A stretch of DNA of 63,195 bases, the filler included. It is 4 parts of 4 records of this genome, joined end to end, with 100 filler letters (N's around TTAATTAATTAA, not from the genome) between each part and the next. Parts side by side here need not be neighbours in the genome. Positions count along the whole stretch, not along the records: positions 46,505 to 57,877 come from SRR20825006_1165; positions 57,978 to 63,195 come from SRR20825006_1259; 2 more parts are not named here. The stretch is one strand, 5' to 3'. The translations under genes and the position numbers were made by a program. The notes under the pieces were generated by a model that had not been told where the DNA came from, ran no database searches, and saw nothing but the letters and a program-made list of their open reading frames with translations. Below, in pieces: positions 49,628-59,041 of the stretch (position 1 is its first letter; each line of letters opens with the position of its first letter).

Positions 49628-50275
49628 CTAGTCTGTATCGTCAGTGAACGAGCTGGTCGCGCCGTCTGAGCCCCTTTGTGAGATTGCCATCACAATGTGG
49701 AACAACTCGTGTTTGGCCTGCTGCGCGTTTATTTCTCCTGTCGCAGCCGCATAGGATAGGCCCTCTGCCGCGCCGAGCATGGCGCGTAGGCTAGCGGGCG
49801 TGATCGCCTGGTTTGTAAAGGGTCGCAGCGCTTGCCGACATCTGTCCATGAAGGCGATTTCACACTCGCGCTTAAGTGTTTCAAGCTCATGGGCGCCCGC
49901 AAGCGCCGCTATCACTTCCGGGATTTCCCGCCCCTGAGCCAGCACACAGTCAACGTAAGACGAAGCAATCACGTCCGCCTTGCTTTCAAGGCTCGCCTCA
50001 CTGGTATCAAGTGCTTCTTCCATAAGGGCGATCTGATGAGTGTCAAACTCATGATAGAGCGCGGCAAGAAGCCCTGGCCGCGTTCCAAAATGGTCATAGA
50101 CAACTGGCTTGGTGACGCCCGCACGCTCTGACAAGCGACCAAGAGTGAGGGCATCCGTACCTTCCTCTCGAACCAGAAGCCACGCTGTATCCAGTAGTTG
50201 CCGGTGCCGGTCCTGCCGGGAAAGGCGCTTACGCCCCTGACCGCCAGATTTTTCTGCATTGTGAGTACTTGACAT
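49628..50275 (-). CDS. TetR/AcrR-family regulator
   Basis: LTLGRLSERAGVTKPVVYDHF HTH. Confidence 0.92.
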   Translation of the reverse strand: MSSTHNAEKSGGQGRKRLSRQDRHRQLLDTAWLLVREEGTDALTLGRLSERAGVTKPVVYDHFGTRPGLLAALYHEFDTHQIALMEEALDTSEASLESKADVIASSYVDCVLAQGREIPEVIAALAGAHELETLKRECEIAFMDRCRQALRPFTNQAITPASLRAMLGAAEGLSYAAATGEINAQQAKHELFHIVMAISQRGSDGATSSFTDDTD

Positions 50276-50322
50276 TTTAATATACCATTAGTAACTTACT
50301 ATTAGTAACCTACGAATAGTAT
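50269..50322 (+). promoter_or_regulatory. Sigma70 promoter overlapped by three tandem 14-bp palindromic operators
   Basis: TTGACA (50269) - 17 nt - TAACTT (50292). Units TATACCATTAGTAA / CTTACTATTAGTAA / CCTACGAATAGTAT. Confidence 0.65.
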
Positions 50323-50368
50323 ATAGATGATGCCGTTCAATCGCAACGACAATCAAGGAGTACCGGAC

Positions 50369-50986
50369 ATGCATGTTCTTATCGTTACCGCGCACCCGAA
50401 CCCGCAATCCCTCAGCCATGGGGTCGCGCAGCGGATCGCCGATGGCTTTGCTTCCCGCGGGTCGTCGGACACGGTCGAAATCGTTGACCTTGCCAGTGAG
50501 GGCTTCGACCCCCGATTTACTGCGGCGGATATTGCGGTGCACCGACAGGAAGCAAGCCCGCCCGCAGATGTTGTTGCTGAGCAAGCGAGGCTTGATAGAG
50601 CTGATAAGTTGGTGCTGGTTTATCCAGTGTACTGGTGGTCCATGCCCGCCCTGCTCAAGGGGTGGATAGACCGGGTATTTTCCAATGGTTGGGCATTTGA
50701 TTTCAGCCTTGAAAGCAAACTTGTCAAAAAACTACAGAAGTTGACAATTCATCTGGTGGCGGTTGCTGGCGCGGATGCCAACACCTACCGGAAGCGCGGA
50801 TATCAGGATGCCATGACGACACAGATTGATCATGGCATATTTGACTATTGCGGGGCATCGGTCGTAACCAACGACTTGCTTGTGAATTCAGAAACAACCA
50901 ATGCCGTTATCCATCTTGATCGTGCATTTGAGCTTGGGCAGAGTTTTTCCCCGTTAAGCGCCGCAAGCGTCAACATTGCCAGCTAG
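50369..50986 (+). CDS. Flavodoxin-like NAD(P)H dehydrogenase (quinone)
   Basis: MHVLIVTAHP and YPVYWWSMPALLKGWIDRVF; AGGAG RBS. Confidence 0.9.
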   Translation: MHVLIVTAHPNPQSLSHGVAQRIADGFASRGSSDTVEIVDLASEGFDPRFTAADIAVHRQEASPPADVVAEQARLDRADKLVLVYPVYWWSMPALLKGWIDRVFSNGWAFDFSLESKLVKKLQKLTIHLVAVAGADANTYRKRGYQDAMTTQIDHGIFDYCGASVVTNDLLVNSETTNAVIHLDRAFELGQSFSPLSAASVNIAS

Positions 50987-51102
50987 CTTTCCTTGAGCAG
51001 CGCAAAGCCTTGACGTAGCCGCCGCTTTCCCCCATTACCCCCGGAGAATTCACTGCCCGGCGCAAGCGTGGGCAATGCGGCATATTGCAGGAGGTGAGGC
51101 AG

Positions 51103-52530
51103 GTGACAGACTGGCCTATTTATGCGCCGATCAAGGGTGCGCTCGTGATTGTTGGTTTTGGCTCTATCGGGCAGGGTGTGTTGCCGCTTATCCTCCGGCA
51201 TTTTGATATTGAGCCCACACGCATCACCATCATCAGCGCTGATGATAATGGCCGGTCGGTCGCGGAAGAATATGGTGTCTGTTTTGTGCATCAGGCCATC
51301 ACGCCGGATAACCTCAGTCAGATATTGTCTCCGCTTTTCACACGTGAGGGCGGGTTCCTTGTGAACCTGTCGGTTGATGTGTCCTCGCTCGCGCTGGTGC
51401 GCTTCTGCCGTACGGTGGGCGCCTTTTATCTTGATACCTGTATCGAGCCGTGGAGCGGCGGTTACACCGACCCGGACAAGGAGATGTCTCACCGCACCAA
51501 TTACTGGCTGCGGGAAACATCCCTCAAGCTGGCATCGGAGTTGGGCGCGGGGCCAACGGCGGTGATGGCGCACGGTGCCAACCCGGGCCTTGTGAGCCAT
51601 TTTGTCAAACAGGCGCTGGTTAACATTGCGGGCGATGTGGGCGTGGGCGCGGAAGCCCCGCGCACACGCGCTGACTGGGCCGCGCTTGCGTCAAAGCTGA
51701 ACGTGCAGGGCATTCATATCGCGGAGCGTGACACGCAGGTGTCTGACACCGCGAAAGTGCCGGGCGAGTTTGTGAACACATGGTCGATTGACGGTTTCCT
51801 CTCTGAAGGAATGCAACCGGCGGAGCTAGGCTGGGGCACATTTGAGGATGCGCTGCCGGAAGACGGTGGGGAGCACGAAGAAGGCTGCGGTGCGGCCATC
51901 TACCTGAAGCGCCCTGGTGCCAATACCCGCGTGCGCACCTGGACCCCGCTTGCGGGCCCGATCCTAGGGTATCTGATCACCCATAATGAAGCGATCTCCG
52001 TCGCCGATTATTTCACCGCCCGCGAGGATGACGGCACGGTAACTTACCGGCCTACTTGTCACTATGCCTATCACCCCTGTGATGATGCGGTGCTGTCACT
52101 GCATGAATTTGTCGGCAATGGTTTTGTGCCGCAGGCAAACTTTCGCCTGATGGGGGATGAGATCACGAAGGGGCTTGATGAGTTGGGTGTGCTTCTCTAC
52201 GGACACGCAAAAAACGCTTACTGGTTTGGTTCCCAGCTAGATATCGATGAAACGCGGACGCTGGCGCCGTACCAGAACGCTACCGGGCTGCAGGTGAGCG
52301 CGGCGGTACTCGCGGGCATGGTGTGGGCGCTTGAAAACCCGAATGAGGGCATGGTGGAAGCGGAAGCCATGGACCACGCACGCATTCTCGAGGTGGCAGC
52401 ACCCTACCTTGGCCCTGTGGTGGGCAGCTATACGGACTGGACCCCGGTGACGGGCCGTAATGAGGACCTGTTCCCCGCCGATTATGACGCGGATGAGCCC
52501 TGGCTTTTCAAGAATGTAATCTGCCGCTGA
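51103..52530 (+). CDS. hss: Homospermidine synthase
   Basis: GFGSIG, NLSVDVSS, YLDTCIEPW, HGANPGLVSHF, NTWSIDGF and QNATGLQV. Confidence 0.93.
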   Translation: MTDWPIYAPIKGALVIVGFGSIGQGVLPLILRHFDIEPTRITIISADDNGRSVAEEYGVCFVHQAITPDNLSQILSPLFTREGGFLVNLSVDVSSLALVRFCRTVGAFYLDTCIEPWSGGYTDPDKEMSHRTNYWLRETSLKLASELGAGPTAVMAHGANPGLVSHFVKQALVNIAGDVGVGAEAPRTRADWAALASKLNVQGIHIAERDTQVSDTAKVPGEFVNTWSIDGFLSEGMQPAELGWGTFEDALPEDGGEHEEGCGAAIYLKRPGANTRVRTWTPLAGPILGYLITHNEAISVADYFTAREDDGTVTYRPTCHYAYHPCDDAVLSLHEFVGNGFVPQANFRLMGDEITKGLDELGVLLYGHAKNAYWFGSQLDIDETRTLAPYQNATGLQVSAAVLAGMVWALENPNEGMVEAEAMDHARILEVAAPYLGPVVGSYTDWTPVTGRNEDLFPADYDADEPWLFKNVICR

Positions 52531-52550
52531 AGTTTGCGCACGGGCGTGGC

Positions 52551-54023
52551 TCAGTCGCGCCAGAAGTGCGGGTCCAACAGCAGGAGAAGCGTGAAAATCT
52601 CCAGCCGGCCAAGTAGCATGGCAAAACAGAGTATCCACTTTGCCGTATCGGGCAGCGGGGCAAAGTTGCCCGCGGGGCCAATGATGGGCCCAAGCCCCGG
52701 CCCCACGTTGGTGATGGCCGTGGCGCTTGCGGTCAGCGCGGTGACAAAGTCGATACCCAGCATGGCCAGCAGTATGGTGAAAACCGCGACAGACGCCATA
52801 AACACCGCCAGAAACGCCAGCACAGACATGGGCAGCTCGGGCGGCAGGCGGCTGCCATGGTAGCGCATCACCACCACGCGGTTTGGGCTCCTGAGCTTGG
52901 AAAGCTGCTCCCGGATCGTGACCCAAAGCACCTGAAAGCGGTATATCTTGATGGCGCCTGACGTTGAGCCTGCGCAGCCGCCCACAAAGGTGAGCATGAA
53001 AAACACCGCCGCAACCGCCGGGCCCCAAGTGGTGTAATCAGCAGACGCAAATCCCGTGGTGGTGACAACAGACACCACGTTAAAAGCCGTCAGCGTCAGC
53101 GCGGTAAAAAGATACATATCTTCCTCATACACCAGCCAAAGCGTCATCGCCGCGATAACGACTATCAGGAACTTGAGGAAGGTGCGGATCTGCGGGTCGG
53201 CCAAAAAAGGTTTGCGGTGCCCGCGCACCATCTTGATATAGCTGATAAATGGCAGTGCACCGGCCAGCATAAACAGCGTGCCCGCCCATTGGGTGGTCGG
53301 ATGGGTGAAATAGCTGAAGGAGGCGTCATGCGTGCTGTAACCACCGGTGGAAACAGTCGTCATGGCATGGTTGATGGCGTCAAAGCCGTCCATGCCGGTG
53401 ACCATGAAAGCGATGGCCGCAAGAAGCGTGATACCTGCATAAACACTCATGATCCATTTCACCATATCGGTGGCCTGAGGCATGATTTTTTCAGACTTGT
53501 CCGAGCTTTCGGTTTTAAAAAGCTGCATGCCACCAATGCGCAGGAACGGCAGCATGATGATCGCCATGACGATGATGCCAACCCCGCCAATCCATTGCAG
53601 GAGGGAGCGCCACAACAATAAGCCCGGCAGCAAGCCGTCAAGCCCGGTCATTACCGTTGAGCCCGTGGTGGTGAGGCCCGAGACGGTTTCAAACACCGCA
53701 TCCGTGAAGGTGAGCCCGATCTCTGGTGAGAGGCCAAGGCCCAGAAGTGGCAGGGCCGCAAACACAGGCAGCACGAGCCATGAAAGCGCGGTGAGGATAA
53801 ACGCCTGCCGCACGTCTAGGCTGAAAGGCTGGTTGTCGCGGGTGGCAAAAGTGGCCATGAGGCCAATGATAAGGCAGAATGTGGCGGAGAAAATGAACTC
53901 AAGCGGCATCTGCTCCGTGATCACTTCTTCAACGATGGCTGGTATGGCCATCATCACCGCAAGCGCTGTGAGCATAAGCCCCAGCACATGGATGATGGGG
54001 TTGAATTTAACCGCGAGTGTCAT
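52551..54023 (-). CDS. trkH: TrkH family potassium uptake membrane protein
   Basis: Pore loops SGLTTTG, VSTGG, VTTTG and NVGPG; LGRLEIF. Confidence 0.95.
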   Translation of the reverse strand: MTLAVKFNPIIHVLGLMLTALAVMMAIPAIVEEVITEQMPLEFIFSATFCLIIGLMATFATRDNQPFSLDVRQAFILTALSWLVLPVFAALPLLGLGLSPEIGLTFTDAVFETVSGLTTTGSTVMTGLDGLLPGLLLWRSLLQWIGGVGIIVMAIIMLPFLRIGGMQLFKTESSDKSEKIMPQATDMVKWIMSVYAGITLLAAIAFMVTGMDGFDAINHAMTTVSTGGYSTHDASFSYFTHPTTQWAGTLFMLAGALPFISYIKMVRGHRKPFLADPQIRTFLKFLIVVIAAMTLWLVYEEDMYLFTALTLTAFNVVSVVTTTGFASADYTTWGPAVAAVFFMLTFVGGCAGSTSGAIKIYRFQVLWVTIREQLSKLRSPNRVVVMRYHGSRLPPELPMSVLAFLAVFMASVAVFTILLAMLGIDFVTALTASATAITNVGPGLGPIIGPAGNFAPLPDTAKWILCFAMLLGRLEIFTLLLLLDPHFWRD

Positions 54024-54118
54024 GGTGCTCAGTTGTTCCTGATACCTGCCTCATAAAACGCCTGACTAGGGTGTAACCGGCTAGGTCACTTGTCAAATTT
54101 TTACTGGTGGATCAGGGT

Positions 54119-55153
54119 TCAAGATGCCGCTTCCGGGAACTGTGCGCGCAGGCGCTGGTTGATGACCGCGCGGTTTTCCCAAAGCTCTTTATACCAGTCC
54201 ACCCGCTTGTGGATATGCTGCATCAGCATACGGTTTTCGCGCACATAACGGTTGGCATTGCGGGCCATCCGCTGGCGGTAAGCAGTATCCGTAATCAGCT
54301 TCTCAAGCCCCACAGCCCATTCGTCTGGCGTGTCGGCGATATAGCCTGTTTCACCGTGGACGATGGTGTCTTTATATATGGTTGGGCTCGCGATTGTTGC
54401 CGCACCGCAGATGCTGGCTTCAAGGAACTTCACGTCGCTTTTGCAGGCCGTGAAGGGTGTTTCATTCAGTGGCATCAGAACGATGTCATTCTCCAGGACG
54501 GCATTCAGATAATCGTCATAATTCGGCGTTTGCAGCAGGCGTTTATTGCTTGTCGCAAGCGTGTGGAAAAAGTCCTGATCCTGCAAAACAGTAACCTGCA
54601 CTTCGTTGTGTTTGGCGATAACAGCGTTGAAAGTATCCATAAGAGGCGCCCATGCGTCACGCCTGTTGAGCGCGCCGAACAATAGCCGGACATTTGAGGA
54701 TTCTTGTTTTGGGGTTAATGGATACCGGTAGATTTGATTGCCAAAAGCTGCGGTGAAGGAGTTTTGCTTTTTGAAAGTTTCCGCGAGCATAGGCACGCTT
54801 GTTTGTACACCGTGACAGGCTTCAAACATTTCAAGCCCCATTTCAGACATAAAACGCTGCCTAACATTCGGGGGCAAAAGGTCAGGGTGATCATCAAACT
54901 CGTGAACGATAAGCAGGTCGCGCTCAAACGCCAGTCTTAAAATCTGCATGGCGGTATTGCGGTCAAAAATGGCGCGTTGAATGACGATGATGCGAATGCT
55001 GTTTTTGGGCCATAATCGGGGGATGGAGACATTTTTGGAATATGTCTGCACCTGACACCCAACGGCCGCGAGCGCGTCGTTCGGATCCTGCACGCGCACA
55101 TGCATATAGTCTGGGCTCATAGCGCAGCTAACGATGCTTAGATTTTGCGGCAT
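54119..55153 (-). CDS. GT-B (GT4-like) glycosyltransferase
   Basis: HEFDDHP, KSDVKFLEA, HGETGY and R..MARNA.RYV C-terminal GT1-type domain. Confidence 0.75.
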   Translation of the reverse strand: MPQNLSIVSCAMSPDYMHVRVQDPNDALAAVGCQVQTYSKNVSIPRLWPKNSIRIIVIQRAIFDRNTAMQILRLAFERDLLIVHEFDDHPDLLPPNVRQRFMSEMGLEMFEACHGVQTSVPMLAETFKKQNSFTAAFGNQIYRYPLTPKQESSNVRLLFGALNRRDAWAPLMDTFNAVIAKHNEVQVTVLQDQDFFHTLATSNKRLLQTPNYDDYLNAVLENDIVLMPLNETPFTACKSDVKFLEASICGAATIASPTIYKDTIVHGETGYIADTPDEWAVGLEKLITDTAYRQRMARNANRYVRENRMLMQHIHKRVDWYKELWENRAVINQRLRAQFPEAAS

Positions 55154-55338
55154 GAGAAAATCCCGACTAGGTTCAAGGCATTAGTTTCCATGCCATAGGC
55201 TGGAGGTGCGAAATTGTCAAAAAAATATTCTCCCTCATTTTATCGCGACCTATAATAAGGTGTAGTGCACGAGCAGTGTTGACGGCGAATTTTGGCTTTG
55301 TGCTTTTATGAGTACTTTTATGGGAATAGGTGTAAATT

Positions 55339-56091
55339 TTGGTGGTTTCCTTTATTGTGGCAGGCGTGCAAAAAGCAGGGACTACAGCGCTATTTTCCTT
55401 TCTCTCCAAGCACCCCGAAATCTTCCTGCCGGCGCGTAAGGAAGTTCATTTCTTTGATAATGAAAATCTGGATTGGAGCCGGCCATCCTATGACGCTTTT
55501 GAGAATATTTTTGCTTCTAAAACAGAGGCTCAGATAGCAGGCGAGGTTACGCCAATTTATACTTATTGGCCCACTTCTGCCGAGCGGATTCAGGCTTATA
55601 ACCCGGCGATGAAAATTATCGTCTGTTTGCGCAATCCCGTAAATCGAGCGTTCTCACATTGGGGTATGGAAGTGACAAGGGGCTGGGACAGTCTGCCTTT
55701 TCCAGAAGCCATTCGAAATGGCCGCTCCCGGGTAACAGGGGAAATTGGGCCCCAGTACAACGTCCATCGAGTATTCAGCTATGTGGAACGGGGTTTTTAC
55801 GGCCCGCAGATCAAGAGATTATTGCGGTTTTTCCCACGCGAACAGTTGCTCTTCATTCGAAACACGTGGTTGCGTAACGACATGAACAAAACACTCAATA
55901 AAATCACGGACTTCTTAGGAACTAGCAGATTTGACACCTATCCTGTGGCAAGACGAGTTGTTCCTGTACCCAAGACCGTACAACTGGCGCCTTTAGCAGA
56001 AGCAGATCGTCAATATCTGAAAAACCTCTATCACGAAGATATCGAACTGACGGAAGCTCTGACAGGGCTGGACCTTTCAGACTGGAAATAG
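55339..56091 (+). CDS. PAPS-dependent sulfotransferase
   Basis: 5'-PSB loop GVQKAGTT, KEVHFFD, GEVTPIY and 3'-PB motif LRNPVNRAFS. Confidence 0.9.
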   Translation: MVVSFIVAGVQKAGTTALFSFLSKHPEIFLPARKEVHFFDNENLDWSRPSYDAFENIFASKTEAQIAGEVTPIYTYWPTSAERIQAYNPAMKIIVCLRNPVNRAFSHWGMEVTRGWDSLPFPEAIRNGRSRVTGEIGPQYNVHRVFSYVERGFYGPQIKRLLRFFPREQLLFIRNTWLRNDMNKTLNKITDFLGTSRFDTYPVARRVVPVPKTVQLAPLAEADRQYLKNLYHEDIELTEALTGLDLSDWK

Positions 56092-56097
56092 ACGATA

Positions 56098-56424
56098 CTA
56101 GACGTGGAAGCTTTCGCCGCAACCGCAGCGGCCTTTCTCATTCGGGTTCGAGAATTTGAAACCGGTTGAGAACATGCTGTCTTCCCAGTCCATCTCGGTG
56201 CCCAGAAGGAAGAGCAGCGATTTACGGTCTACAAAAACCTTCACGCCCTTGTCTTCCACCACTTCGTCTTCCGCTGAAGGCTCTTCAACATAGTCAACCG
56301 TATAGCCAAGGCCCGAGCAGCCATGGGTGCTGGTGCCAAGCTTGATACCAACAGCGGTCTCGTTTTTCGAGAGAAGCGCACGGATACGGTCCGCCGCTTT
56401 ATCTGTGATGTTGATAACTGCCAT
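56098..56424 (-). CDS. A-type Fe-S carrier (IscA/SufA, HesB family)
   Basis: GCSGLGY and CGCGESF. Confidence 0.94.
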   Translation of the reverse strand: MAVINITDKAADRIRALLSKNETAVGIKLGTSTHGCSGLGYTVDYVEEPSAEDEVVEDKGVKVFVDRKSLLFLLGTEMDWEDSMFSTGFKFSNPNEKGRCGCGESFHV

Positions 56425-56462
56425 TTTTAAAGCATCCTCAGTTTCATACTATACAGGTGGGG

Positions 56463-57026
56463 CTACAGAAGCCCCAGTTCAAGCCGTGCTTCATCTGTCA
56501 TTTTCGACATATCCCACGCGGGCTCCCACACCAGGGCAACGTCACAGCCGTTTACACCCGGCACTGTGTTGACTTTGAGCTCAACCTCGCCCGGCATGCT
56601 TTCTGCCACGGGGCAGTGGGGGGTGGTGAGCGTCATGGTCACGCGCACGCGCCAGTCGTCGTCGATATCCACGCCGTAAATCAGGCCAAGCTCATAGATA
56701 TTGACCGGGATTTCCGGGTCGTAAATCTCCTGAAGCGCAGTGACGATATTGGCCTCAAGTGCTTCTTTGCTCTCAGGCGTTTCACCAACAGGTGCGGCGT
56801 CTGTGCTTACGGATTCTGCGGCCTCTGTTTCAGCGGCGTCAGCGGCTTTCTTCGCGGCGTCGCCCTCAAGAAACTTATTGAGGAAATAGCCACCTTCCTG
56901 CGGGCTCACGCCGGTATCAACACGGGGCCGCTCCACGGCGGCTTTTGGCATGTTTTCCTCCGGATAGTCCGCCGCTGTGGGCGCGCTTACATCCAGTACG
57001 TCTCGTTTGTTTTCGTTATCCATCAT
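56463..57026 (-). CDS. sufT: SUF system Fe-S assembly protein (DUF59/SufT) with an N-terminal extension
   Basis: YDPEIPVNIYELGLIY, MTLTTPHCP and EARLELG. Confidence 0.88.
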   Translation of the reverse strand: MMDNENKRDVLDVSAPTAADYPEENMPKAAVERPRVDTGVSPQEGGYFLNKFLEGDAAKKAADAAETEAAESVSTDAAPVGETPESKEALEANIVTALQEIYDPEIPVNIYELGLIYGVDIDDDWRVRVTMTLTTPHCPVAESMPGEVELKVNTVPGVNGCDVALVWEPAWDMSKMTDEARLELGLL

Positions 57027-57877
57027 CCAAAGATGTCCACAACTTTCTTGAGGCCCGCGATAAGGCGGTCCACATCAGATTTATCGTTATAAATACCAAA
57101 GCTTGCCCGCACGGTGCCGGGCACACCAAAACGGTCCATCACCGGTTGCGCACAGTGGTGCCCAGCCCGCACGGCGATGCCCTGCCGGTCGAGGATGGTG
57201 CCAATATCATGCGGGTGCGCATGCTGCATGGTGAAGCTGATCAGTGCGCCCTTGTCTGGCGCTGTGCCAATAATGCGCAGGCTGTTGAAGGCGGAAAGCT
57301 CTTTGGTGGCGTAGGCGAGCAACTCTTCCTCATGCGCGGCGATATTCTCGAACCCAAGCGCCGTGATATAATCAAGCGCTACCTTCATGGCGATGCCGCC
57401 AGCGATATTGGGCGTGCCAGCCTCAAACTTGTGCGGCAGGTCGTTATAAGTGGTTTTCTCGAACGTTACGGTCGAGATCATGTCACCACCACCCTGCCAT
57501 GGCGGCATGGCATCAAGGTGTTTTTCCTTGCCGTAAATCACGCCAATGCCGGTGGGGCCGTATGCCTTGTGGGCAGAGAAGGCGTAAAAATCAGCGTCAG
57601 TATCCTGCACATCAATCTTCATATGCGGCGCGGCCTGGCAACCGTCGATCAGCACCAGCGCGCCCACGTCATGCGCGAGACGGGTGATTTCCTTCACCGG
57701 GTTTTTGACGCCAATGGAATTGGAAATATGGGCCACGGCCACCATTCTGGTGCGCTCATTCAAAAGGCTCGCATAAGCTTCCATATCCAGCGCGCCATCA
57801 TCAAACATCGGAATCACGCGGATCTTGGCGCCTTTCTCCTCAGCCAGCATCTGCCACGGCACGATGTTGGAGTGATG
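57023..57877 (-). CDS. sufS: Cysteine desulfurase, 5'-truncated
   Basis: HHSNIVPWQ, FSAHK and RAGHHCAQP (group II SufS signature). Confidence 0.95.
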   Translation of the reverse strand, partial: HHSNIVPWQMLAEEKGAKIRVIPMFDDGALDMEAYASLLNERTRMVAVAHISNSIGVKNPVKEITRLAHDVGALVLIDGCQAAPHMKIDVQDTDADFYAFSAHKAYGPTGIGVIYGKEKHLDAMPPWQGGGDMISTVTFEKTTYNDLPHKFEAGTPNIAGGIAMKVALDYITALGFENIAAHEEELLAYATKELSAFNSLRIIGTAPDKGALISFTMQHAHPHDIGTILDRQGIAVRAGHHCAQPVMDRFGVPGTVRASFGIYNDKSDVDRLIAGLKKVVDIFG

Positions 57878-57977
57878 NNNNNNNNNNNNNNNNNNNNNNN
57901 NNNNNNNNNNNNNNNNNNNNNTTAATTAATTAANNNNNNNNNNNNNNNNNNNNNNNNNNNNNNNNNNNNNNNNNNNN
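57878..57977. other. Artificial contig linker
   Basis: N-run with a central TTAATTAATTAA. Confidence 0.98.
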
Positions 57978-58000
57978 AAATCGCTCCACTGGAGCGATTT
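57978..58000. repeat. Perfect short palindrome, REP-like
   Basis: AAATCGCTCC-ACT-GGAGCGATTT, exactly at the contig start. Confidence 0.5.
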
Positions 58001-58179
58001 TGCGGCAGAGCCGCCGCCTCGAAGTGTCGCACGTGGCTTTGAACGGTTGCACCACAAAGGGCTTGATACTATCTTCCGCGCGCGTCGAGCCGGCCGGTTG
58101 AGGCAGATTCCCTTATGGGATCGCAGTTTGGGCGGGCTCGGGAAATTGTCCACAGGGGATGGACCGGCAGAGAGACCAA

Positions 58180-58962
58180 ATGGATTCGTTTGAGCTAAAC
58201 AAGATCATCGGCGCCGTGCTCGGCACCCTGTTGTTCGTTATGGGTGTAGGGTTCCTGGCTGAAGCCATCTATCACCCGATCGAGAACCGCGGCCCCGGCT
58301 ATGCCCTGCCCGAACCGGAAGTGGCCGAAGCCGGCGCGCCGGTGGAAGACGTGCCCGTGACGCCGCTGCCGGTGCTGCTGGCCAGCGCCAGTGTCGACAA
58401 TGGCGCCGCCGCCGTGCGCAAGTGCCAGAGCTGCCACACCTTTGGTGAGGGCGAGGCGGCCAAGCAGGGCCCGAACCTTTATCACATCGTCGGCGCCCCC
58501 AAAGCCCATATGGAAGGCTTTGCCTATTCGGACATCCTGCTGCAGCAGCAGGCCGAAGGGCAGACCTGGACCTATGAAAACCTGGACGCCTTCCTGACCA
58601 ATCCGCGCGATTATGCGCCGGGCACCAAGATGGCCTTTGCCGGCGTGCGTTCGCCCGAAGAGCGCGCCGATATTCTGGCCTATCTGCAGACCCTGACGAG
58701 CGATCCCGTGCCGTTCCCGGAACCGGAACCGGAAGCTGCGCCCGCAGAGGAAGCCGCGCCGGCCGACGGCGAGGTCACTGAAGTCGAGACGATCCCTGAA
58801 GAAGTGGTCGCACCCGACGAAGCCAGCGAAGAGACCGTGACCACCGAGCCAGGCGCCGCCGTGGAAACGCCGACTGCAACCGAGTCGGACACCCCGGTAG
58901 AAGGCACGCCTGTACAGGAAACCTCGCCGGCCAGTCCGGAAGCGCCAGCCGCCAGCCAGTAA
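58180..58962 (+). CDS. cycM: Membrane-anchored cytochrome c (CycM type) with a long acidic tail
   Basis: MDSFELNKIIGAVL N-terminal anchor, CQSCH, GPNL and PGTKMAFAG. Confidence 0.9.
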   Translation: MDSFELNKIIGAVLGTLLFVMGVGFLAEAIYHPIENRGPGYALPEPEVAEAGAPVEDVPVTPLPVLLASASVDNGAAAVRKCQSCHTFGEGEAAKQGPNLYHIVGAPKAHMEGFAYSDILLQQQAEGQTWTYENLDAFLTNPRDYAPGTKMAFAGVRSPEERADILAYLQTLTSDPVPFPEPEPEAAPAEEAAPADGEVTEVETIPEEVVAPDEASEETVTTEPGAAVETPTATESDTPVEGTPVQETSPASPEAPAASQ

Positions 58963-58990
58963 GGCTGTGCATTTTGGATGCTGAATTTTC

Positions 58991-59020
58991 AAAAGCCGCG
59001 CCCAAAAGGTGCGGCTTTTT
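58991..59020 (+). terminator. Intrinsic terminator after cycM
   Basis: AAAAGCCGCGCC-CAAAA-GGTGCGGCTTTTT. Confidence 0.8.
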
Positions 59021-59041
59021 CCATATCAAGGACCACTATTG

